A stretch of 64,000 nucleotides of DNA from Patescibacteria group bacterium (lineage in GTDB: Bacteria > Patescibacteriota > Minisyncoccia > Minisyncoccales > Staskawiczbacteraceae), in assembly GCA_038065715.1 (NCBI GenBank), contig JBBTQL010000004.1, positions 35,693-99,692 on the forward strand. Direction: 5' to 3'. Each line of letters begins with the position of its first letter. Positions within the stretch are counted from its first letter, which is position 1. The notes under the pieces were generated by a model, which saw nothing but the letters and a program-made list of their open reading frames with translations, made no database searches and was not told where the DNA came from. Below are positions 32,698-39,830 of this stretch, in pieces. The translations under genes and the position numbers were made by a program.

Positions 32698-34527
32698 ATG
32701 AAGAACAAGGAAATTGCTAAAATATTTTATGAAATAGCGAAATTTTTAGAAATAGAAAGAGTGGCTTTTAAGCCCTATGCTTATGAAAGGGCTGGTAATT
32801 CCTTAGAAGCATTGAAAGAAGATGTGGGCGATATTTATAGAAAAGGCGGGGCAAAGGCTTTGCAGGAAATTTCAGGAGTCGGCAAAAATATTGCAGGGCA
32901 TATTGAAGAGTATTTAAAAAATGGAAAGGTAAAAATCTACGAACAGCTTAAAAAGAAATTGCCCCTTAAAATAGATGAGTTGATTAAAGTAGAAGGTTTG
33001 GGCCCAAGAAAAATAAAAATTCTTTATCAAAAATTAGGCGTTAAAAATTTGAAAGATTTGGAAAAGATGGCTAAGGCGCATAAAATAGCCCCGCTTTTCG
33101 GTTTTGGAGAAAAAACAGAAAATAATATTTTAGAAGGCATTGAATTTTTAAAAAGAAGCAAAGGCCGGTCTCGTTTGGGAGACATAATGCCAATAGTAGA
33201 AGAAATTTTTGAAAATTTAAAAAATTTAAAAGAGGTTGAAAAAATCAGTTTAGCTGGCTCTTTAAGAAGAAGAAAAGAAACTATTGGAGATGTTGATATT
33301 TTAGTGGTTTCCCGCCCAGCAGGGCGAGGCTCGCCTGGTGAGGCGGCTAATAAAGTAATGGATTTTTTTGTTTCTCAAGAGGGCGTAGAAAAAGTATGGG
33401 GCAAAGGAGGAACAAAAGCATCGGTTCATATGAAATATGGATTTGATATGGATTTAAGAATTGTTCCCGAAAAAAGTTATGGCTCTGCTTTGCAATACTT
33501 TACCGGGTCAAAAGACCACAATATTGTTACAAGAAAAATTGCCATAGAAAAAGGCCTAAAATTAAGCGAGTACGGAGTTTTTAAAGGAAAAAAACAGATT
33601 GCCGGTAAAACAGAAGAAGATGTTTATAAAGCAATTGGTTTGCCATTTATAGAACCAGAATTAAGAGAAAACGAAGGCGAAATTGAGGCGGCTCTTCGAC
33701 AAGCTCAGGGTAAACTTCCGGGATTGCCAAAAATAGTTGAGTTAAAAGATATAAGGGGGGACTTACATTGCCATTCAAAACCCGATGGAGTCGCCCATTT
33801 GAATGTCGGAGAAAAATCGATTGAAGAAATGGCTAAAGTGGCAATGGCTATGGGTTACGAATATATTGGAATTTCTGATCATACAAAATTTTTAAAAATT
33901 GATGATGGTTTAGACGAGAAACAATTATTAAAACAAAATGAAGCAATAAAAAAAATAAATACCCGCCTCCGCCAACCTGCGCTTCGCCAAAGGCTTCGGC
34001 AAGGCGAGGGCTTCGGCGGGCAAGAAAAATTTCGCATACTTCACGGATGCGAGGCAAATATTCTACCGGACGGTTCAATAGATATTAAAGACGAAGTTTT
34101 GGCTCAATTAGATTATGTTATAGCTGGCGTTCACAATGCTTTAAAACAAGAAAAACTAAAAATGACAGAAAGGTTAATAAGAGCAATGAAAAATCCGAAT
34201 GTTGATATTATTTCGCATCCAACGGGCAGATTAATAGGCAGCAGAGACGAATATCAAATTGATTTTGATAAAATTTTAGAAATAGCAAAAGAAACCGGAA
34301 CAATTTTGGAAATTAATTCGTCTCCTTACAGATTAGATTTAAAAGACTTATATGTCAGAAGAGCAAAAAATGAAGGCGTGAAAATGATTATAAATACCGA
34401 CAGCCACCAAAAAGAGCAATTAAATCTTATGGAATATGGAGTTTCGCAAGCCAGAAGAGGTTGGGCGGAGAGAGAGGATATTATAAACACAAATTCATTA
34501 GACGGATTATTAAAATATTTTAAATGA
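32698..34527 (+). CDS. polX: Family X DNA polymerase with C-terminal PHP domain
   Basis: HhH motifs, GSLRRRKETIGDVDILV and the PHP motif GDLHCHS. Three GC-rich in-frame inserts, at 33311-33346, 33686-33723 and 33962-34020. Confidence 0.9.
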   Translation: MKNKEIAKIFYEIAKFLEIERVAFKPYAYERAGNSLEALKEDVGDIYRKGGAKALQEISGVGKNIAGHIEEYLKNGKVKIYEQLKKKLPLKIDELIKVEGLGPRKIKILYQKLGVKNLKDLEKMAKAHKIAPLFGFGEKTENNILEGIEFLKRSKGRSRLGDIMPIVEEIFENLKNLKEVEKISLAGSLRRRKETIGDVDILVVSRPAGRGSPGEAANKVMDFFVSQEGVEKVWGKGGTKASVHMKYGFDMDLRIVPEKSYGSALQYFTGSKDHNIVTRKIAIEKGLKLSEYGVFKGKKQIAGKTEEDVYKAIGLPFIEPELRENEGEIEAALRQAQGKLPGLPKIVELKDIRGDLHCHSKPDGVAHLNVGEKSIEEMAKVAMAMGYEYIGISDHTKFLKIDDGLDEKQLLKQNEAIKKINTRLRQPALRQRLRQGEGFGGQEKFRILHGCEANILPDGSIDIKDEVLAQLDYVIAGVHNALKQEKLKMTERLIRAMKNPNVDIISHPTGRLIGSRDEYQIDFDKILEIAKETGTILEINSSPYRLDLKDLYVRRAKNEGVKMIINTDSHQKEQLNLMEYGVSQARRGWAEREDIINTNSLDGLLKYFK

Positions 34528-34538
34528 AATTTAAAAAT

Positions 34539-34567
34539 TTGACACAGAGTTGAGGGGGGGGTATTAT
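34539..34567 (+). promoter_or_regulatory. Promoter with a G8 tract in the spacer
   Basis: TTGACA, 17 nt (CAGAGTTGAGGGGGGGG), then TATTAT. The G8 tract is at 34554-34561. Confidence 0.5.
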
Positions 34568-34664
34568 AAGATAATATCAAAAATATCAAATTTTTAGTTT
34601 TTAATTTCTAATTTTTTAAATAATTTTTCAATTTTAGAATTTTAAAATTAAAATTTAATAGCAT

Positions 34665-36359
34665 ATGAGAATAAAATATTTTTTAATAACAGCTGTTTTA
34701 GCAACATCAATTTTAGGTTCTGGCGGTTTTGTGAAAGCGCAAACCACAGACAATTCAGCGTTAATTGCCCAACTTCAAGCGCAAATTCAGGCAATTCTGC
34801 AACAAATAGCGCAACTGCAAGCTCAGCAAGATACAAACGCGGTCCAAAACTCTGCGTCAGAAAATGCTAATTCAGACAGTTCAAAAGCAAACTGGTGCTA
34901 TAATTTCAAACAAAACTTGTGGATTGGTAAAAATGGCAGGCCTGTTGAGGCTTTACAGATTGCTTTGTCTAAAGAAGGTTTGTTTGACGCCAGTTTAATT
35001 AAGAATCCATGGAGATTTGGCCCCTCTACCTTATTGGCAGTAATCAAGTTTCAGAATAAATATAGCATAAAACCAACAGGATATGTGGGCTTCGCCACAA
35101 ACAAAAAACTAAACGAACTCTACGGCTGCAAAACCACCGAGTCATCAGTTACAGTTACTTCGCCCAACGGCGGAGAGGAGTGGGTGCGAGGGTCAACTCA
35201 TAATGTTACGTGGACGTCTCAAAATGTGGAAAGAGATGTTTATCTTACAATTAAAAACTTTGACACAAACGTCATAAAGAGCATTTCTTTAGCGCCTGTT
35301 TCGCCGGTCAGCGATTCTGCTTCTTTTAATATTCCGTCTGATTTGGCCGTGGGAAACAAATATAAGGTTAGAGTGGGAAATAGCGATGTTTCAGATTACA
35401 GCGACAATTATTTTAGCATTCTTGATACAACAACTTCTTCAAATGCGTCTATTACCGTCACTTCGCCCAACGGCGGAGAAACATGGCAAGTCGGCGGAAC
35501 GCATAATATCACATGGTTCAGTCAGGGTGCAAATGCTATAAATTATAATGTTCAAATCGGAATTATTGATAATCGCTATAGTACGGAATCAGGAGATAGA
35601 TCCGAAAAAATTATAGTAAATTCTATTCCTAATACTGGCAGTTATTCTTGGACGGTGCCTCAATCTATTGGAACAATGAATCTGAATGATACTATCCAAC
35701 CGGTTTATAAAATTGTTGTACATTCTCGAAGTGATGCGGTTACAGGAGTGGCTCTTGGAGACTCGAGCGATAATCCTTTCAGTATTGTGGCGCCGACGGT
35801 TGCCTGTACGTCATTTACCTATTCAGCTTGGGGGGCTTGCCAGTCAAACAATACCCAAACAAGAACAGTTGTATCATCCTCGCCAACTGGATGCGCAGGA
35901 GGCAGCCCAATATTATCGCAATCTTGCGGAGTAGTAAAGACTGTATTCAGCAATAGCCAAATTTATCTTGACGCCAATAGCAAAGTAGCGCCCTTGTCTT
36001 GCACTAATTATAAGTGTAACGGCTCTTTTGGCTATTGCTCTGCTTCTTGCGGAGGAGGATATTATCCAGATAATTTAACAGCCCAGAAATTGTGCCAGAA
36101 AAAAGGTTACGATGCAGCTTCAAGTTTCACCATAAAAAATGGTTTTTATGCATCTTGCAGCGATAACTATATGTGGAAATGGAATGGGGTTAGCGCTGAA
36201 TATGTTTGGTCTTGCGTTAAAAATAGCGGTATAGACACTGTCACTTGCTCAAAAACTGTTGGGACTACGGCAAGCATTGATTCTCAAGATCAATTAGCGT
36301 CTATTTCTAGCGCAATACAAAGAATAGCTCAACAAATTCAAGCATTATTTGAAAGGTAA
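34665..36359 (+). CDS. Secreted protein with peptidoglycan-binding-like domain, repeated beta domains and Cys-rich C-terminus
   Basis: Signal peptide, PG_binding_1-like segment (VEALQIALSKEGLF...FGPSTLLAVIKFQNKYSIKPTGYVG), and two VTSPNGGExW..G.THN.TW repeats. Confidence 0.6.
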   Translation: MRIKYFLITAVLATSILGSGGFVKAQTTDNSALIAQLQAQIQAILQQIAQLQAQQDTNAVQNSASENANSDSSKANWCYNFKQNLWIGKNGRPVEALQIALSKEGLFDASLIKNPWRFGPSTLLAVIKFQNKYSIKPTGYVGFATNKKLNELYGCKTTESSVTVTSPNGGEEWVRGSTHNVTWTSQNVERDVYLTIKNFDTNVIKSISLAPVSPVSDSASFNIPSDLAVGNKYKVRVGNSDVSDYSDNYFSILDTTTSSNASITVTSPNGGETWQVGGTHNITWFSQGANAINYNVQIGIIDNRYSTESGDRSEKIIVNSIPNTGSYSWTVPQSIGTMNLNDTIQPVYKIVVHSRSDAVTGVALGDSSDNPFSIVAPTVACTSFTYSAWGACQSNNTQTRTVVSSSPTGCAGGSPILSQSCGVVKTVFSNSQIYLDANSKVAPLSCTNYKCNGSFGYCSASCGGGYYPDNLTAQKLCQKKGYDAASSFTIKNGFYASCSDNYMWKWNGVSAEYVWSCVKNSGIDTVTCSKTVGTTASIDSQDQLASISSAIQRIAQQIQALFER

Positions 36360-36373
36360 TCAATTAGAGAATG

Positions 36374-36403
36374 AAACCAGCCCAATGGGCTGGTTTTGTT
36401 TTT
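36374..36403 (+). terminator. Intrinsic terminator
   Basis: AAACCAGCCC-AAT-GGGCTGGTTT followed by TGTTTTT. Confidence 0.85.
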
Positions 36404-36424
36404 AATAGTTGATATAATAATCCA

Positions 36425-36916
36425 ATGCCAAAAGAAAAGTCAGCTGGAGTTATAATTTTTAGACGGGAACCCTTCGACCCGGCTCAGGGTAAAAAATCTG
36501 ATATTTTTTACCTGCTTTTGCATTATGCTCCGTCTGAGCCGGGAAAACATGGACACTGGGGGTTTGCAAAAGGGCATATTGAAAAAGGCGAAACAGACGA
36601 AGAAACAGCTAAAAGAGAAGTCGCTGAAGAAACTGGCATTAAAGACCTAAAAATAATTTCTGGATTTAAAGAATTAGAAAAATATTTTTTTAGGCAGGTT
36701 TACGGGCTAAAGGGCGAAGCAAGAAAAAAAGCGCCGTGGGTTTTCAAATCAGTTGTATTTTTTTTAGCTGAAACAAAAATTAAAGATGTTAAAATTTCAG
36801 AAGAACACGCTGGTTTTTTGTGGCTGGCTTACGGAGATGCTGTTAGAAAAATAAGTTTTAAAAACTCAAAAGAGCTATTAAAAAAAGCAAATGAATTTTT
36901 AGAAGAAAACAAGTAA
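36425..36916 (+). CDS. Nudix hydrolase
   Basis: Nudix box GHIEKGETDEETAKREVAEETGI. In-frame insert at 36464-36493 (EPFDPAQGK). Confidence 0.9.
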   Translation: MPKEKSAGVIIFRREPFDPAQGKKSDIFYLLLHYAPSEPGKHGHWGFAKGHIEKGETDEETAKREVAEETGIKDLKIISGFKELEKYFFRQVYGLKGEARKKAPWVFKSVVFFLAETKIKDVKISEEHAGFLWLAYGDAVRKISFKNSKELLKKANEFLEENK

Positions 36917-36918
36917 AA

Positions 36919-36957
36919 TAAAAAACCGTCCTTCGATAATCTTGGGACGGTTTTTCG
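36919..36957. terminator. Bidirectional terminator hairpin with a conserved loop (family B)
   Basis: AAAAAACCGTCC-TTCGATAATCTTG-GGACGGTTTTT, between convergent genes. Confidence 0.75.
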
Positions 36958-36968
36958 TTTTTAAATAA

Positions 36969-37319
36969 TTATTTTGATTTGACTTTTTCTATTATTTTCA
37001 CAAAAATTTCAGGATGCTTTTTTGCCAATTCAGACAAAATTTTTCTATCAAGCTCAATTTTATTTTCTTTTAATCCGTGAATGAGCCTGCTGTAATTTAT
37101 GCCGTTTTCTCTAGCTAAAGCATTAATTTGCAATTGCCAAAGCTGCCTGAAGTCTCTTTTTTTAATTTTTCTGTCGCGATACGAATAAGTCCACGCATGC
37201 CTTAAAGCATCTTTTGCCAGCTTATATTTTGATTTTCTGCCCCACTTAAAACCTTTCGCATGTTTTAATGTGTTTTTTCTATGTTTTCTGGCTGATACTG
37301 CTCTTTTTACTCTTGCCAT
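36969..37319 (-). CDS. rplT: 50S ribosomal protein L20
   Basis: 116 aa, starting MARVKRAVSARKHRKNTLKHAKGF. Confidence 0.95.
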   Translation of the reverse strand: MARVKRAVSARKHRKNTLKHAKGFKWGRKSKYKLAKDALRHAWTYSYRDRKIKKRDFRQLWQLQINALARENGINYSRLIHGLKENKIELDRKILSELAKKHPEIFVKIIEKVKSK

Positions 37320-37331
37320 ATTTTTGGATTT

Positions 37332-37520
37332 TTATATATGTAAAAATCTTTTAATTTTTTTAGTTTCGGATTTGGAAACTTGAATCCATTTACGGCCTTT
37401 TCTTTTCCTTGCGCCTGATTTTTTAGCTTGAAGATGGTTTTGCCCGGAAAGCCTTCTTAAAATTTTTCCGGTTTTTGTTATTTTAAACCTTTTTACTAAT
37501 GCTTTTTTTGTTTTATTCAT
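37332..37520 (-). CDS. rpmI: 50S ribosomal protein L35
   Basis: 62 aa from the internal ATG (MNKTKKALVKRFKITKTGKILRR...). In the infC-rpmI-rplT operon order. Confidence 0.85.
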   Translation of the reverse strand: MNKTKKALVKRFKITKTGKILRRLSGQNHLQAKKSGARKRKGRKWIQVSKSETKKIKRFLHI

Positions 37521-37530
37521 ATTTTTATTT

Positions 37531-38037
37531 TTATTCTTTTGAAACAATTACTGTGAATCCCTTTGGCTCTCTTTTCAATTCTCTTTCAACCTTTATTGGC
37601 ATTAATTTATCTATATTTTCTAAAAACATCAGCACTTTTTTCTTTGCAAAATCTCCCAATGCCTTTTCTCTTCCTCTTAATACCATAGACAATTTAACTT
37701 TGTCTCCGCCTTTTAAAAATTTTTCTGCCTGTTTTGCCCTAATATCCATATCATGCGGCGAAATATTAAAGGTAAGCCTTATTTCTTTTAATTCTCCGCC
37801 CTTAGGATGCGCTACTTTTTTTTCTTTCTTTTGCAAAGAGTAAAGATATTTTCCATAGTCTCCAATTCTGCAAACCGGCGGTTCAACTTTTTCTGTAACC
37901 TGGATTAAATCCAAACTCTTAGATTTTGCCAAATCAATAGCCTCAAATATACCCATTACCCCGAGCTGGTTTCCAGCCTCGTCTATAATTCTTACCTCTT
38001 TTGCCCTTATATAATTGTTTATTAAAACTTTATTCAA
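37531..38037 (-). CDS. infC: Translation initiation factor IF-3
   Basis: 168 aa with INNYIRAKEVRIIDEAGNQLGV. Non-ATG (TTG) start in the track, consistent with infC autoregulation. Confidence 0.9.
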   Translation of the reverse strand: MNKVLINNYIRAKEVRIIDEAGNQLGVMGIFEAIDLAKSKSLDLIQVTEKVEPPVCRIGDYGKYLYSLQKKEKKVAHPKGGELKEIRLTFNISPHDMDIRAKQAEKFLKGGDKVKLSMVLRGREKALGDFAKKKVLMFLENIDKLMPIKVERELKREPKGFTVIVSKE

Positions 38038-38054
38038 TTGTATTTATTATTTTA

Positions 38055-38403
38055 GTGGAAGCGCCGGGGTCGAACCCGGGTCCAGAAATTTTTTAAAAAT
38101 AAATCTACAAATTTATCTTGCTTTGTTGTTTGGATATTAAATAAGAAGCAAGAAAAATGTTTAATATCCTAATTCTCGTAAATCTCGACAGTTCCCCGAG
38201 AAATAAAACTGCCTATCCTGAAAATATAACACCCTCGGTCCATTTATCAGGAGTCAATGGCGAGGATGCAGCATTAAGCTAAAGCTAGTGCTGGTTGCCT
38301 ATTAAATAAATTAGCAATTATGTTTTTTCTATAAGTTTAACCAGGTTATAGAAAACTGGATTTGCATATTTTTAATGAAACATCTGTCAAAACTTACGCT
38401 CCC
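38055..38403 (-). ncRNA. ssrA: tmRNA (SsrA)
   Basis: 5' GGGAGCG pairs with 3' CGCTTCC-A, including a G3:U pair. T-arm GGACCCGGGTTCGACCCCGG. Tag frame GCT AAT ... GCT TAA predicts ANLFNRQPALALA. Adjacent to smpB. Confidence 0.85.
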
Positions 38404-38404
38404 A

Positions 38405-38848
38405 TTATCCTCTTAATTCGCGATTAACCTCGCGCTCTGTGTCTCTTTTCTTTATTTCCTCTTTTTTGTTGTATTTTTTCTTTCCCTTAGCCAATCCGAA
38501 TTCAAGTTTTATCCTACCATTTTTCTCGTAAACTTTCAAGGGTATCAGCGAAAAACCCTTCATATTTGACTTTCCTGCAAGAAAATTTATCTCTTTTTTG
38601 TTCAAAAGCAGTTTTCTTTGCCTTTCTGGATTATATCCCTCTGGCGCGTTTTTTGGCTGATAAGCTGGAATTTTAGCTCCTATTAAAAATACCTCTTCAT
38701 TTCTTAAAACAACATAAGAAGCAGTTAGAGTAATATGCCCGCCCCGAATTGATTTTACTTCTGTGCCAATCAAAACAAGCCCCGCTTCAAACTTGTCGAG
38801 TATTTCATAATCATAGTAGGCCTTTTTGTTTTCACTGAAAATTTTCAT
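38405..38848 (-). CDS. smpB: SsrA-binding protein SmpB
   Basis: 147 aa from the internal ATG (MKIFSENKKAYYDYEILDKFEAGLVL.GTEVKSIR). Confidence 0.9.
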   Translation of the reverse strand: MKIFSENKKAYYDYEILDKFEAGLVLIGTEVKSIRGGHITLTASYVVLRNEEVFLIGAKIPAYQPKNAPEGYNPERQRKLLLNKKEINFLAGKSNMKGFSLIPLKVYEKNGRIKLEFGLAKGKKKYNKKEEIKKRDTEREVNRELRG

Positions 38849-38955
38849 ATTTTTCTTTAAGCTTAGCAGTTGTTTTATATTACCACAACTATTGACAAAT
38901 GTAAACAATGGGTGTATAATTAATATAATATGATCTGTTGATTTATTTCTCTGCC

Positions 38956-38996
38956 GTCCCCGGTCAGATTCGTCTGATCGAGGGCTTTTTTATTGT
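38956..38996 (+). terminator. Intrinsic terminator with UUCG tetraloop
   Basis: GTCCCCGGTCAGA-TTCG-TCTGATCGAGGGC followed by TTTTTTATT. Confidence 0.75.
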
Positions 38997-39152
38997 TTTT
39001 TTGTCCGTGTGCGGCTTTTTCACTCGAGTGAAAAAGCCGCACCTTTTGAAAATTAGAAACCCGCTTCGCCCGCGAAGCGAGGCGAGTTGAAAATTGAAAA
39101 TTAGCCCATGAGCCCTTTAAATTTTAGCTAAAATAAGGTAGACTAAGAAATA

Positions 39153-39830
39153 ATGAATAAGGAAACTATAATAATTTCACTGGGTGGGTCGCTTGTAGCG
39201 CCGGGGGAAATTGATATTGGATTTTTGAAGAATTTTAAGCACGCTTTGTTAAAATACTTAAAGTTAAAGCGTTTTTTTATTATTGTAGGCGGAGGCAAAA
39301 TTTGCAGAAATTACCAAAAAACATTATCAGAATTTGGCGCAAAAGATGTTGATAAGGACTGGATAGGAATAAATGTTTCAAAATTAAACGCAGAAGTTGT
39401 AAAACAGGTTTTTTCTAAGTTTTCTTTTTCTGAAATTATTACAAACCCTACAAAAGAAATAACAACTAAAAAAGATATTGTTGTAGCGTCTGGCTGGAAA
39501 CCTGGCCGCTCTACTGATTACTGCTCCGTTGTGATGGCAAAAAAAGCCGGTATTAAGACGATTATAAACTTAACAAATATTGATTATGTTTACGATAAAG
39601 ACCCAAAACAGTTTCCTGGAGCTAAAGCCATAAAAGAAATAAGCTGGAAAGATTTTAGAAAAATTATTGGTGATAAATGGAGCCCTGGATTGTCAGCTCC
39701 CTTTGACCCTGAGGCTTCAAAAATTGCAGAAAAATTAAAATTAAAGGTGGCAATGATTAACGGCAAAAATTTAGAACGCCTTGAAGATTTTTTAAACAGT
39801 AAGCCATTTATTGGAACTATTATTCAATGA
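39153..39830 (+). CDS. pyrH: Uridylate kinase (archaeal-type amino acid kinase fold)
   Basis: 225 aa with IISLGGSLV at the N-terminus and an amino-acid-kinase family pattern. Confidence 0.75.
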   Translation: MNKETIIISLGGSLVAPGEIDIGFLKNFKHALLKYLKLKRFFIIVGGGKICRNYQKTLSEFGAKDVDKDWIGINVSKLNAEVVKQVFSKFSFSEIITNPTKEITTKKDIVVASGWKPGRSTDYCSVVMAKKAGIKTIINLTNIDYVYDKDPKQFPGAKAIKEISWKDFRKIIGDKWSPGLSAPFDPEASKIAEKLKLKVAMINGKNLERLEDFLNSKPFIGTIIQ

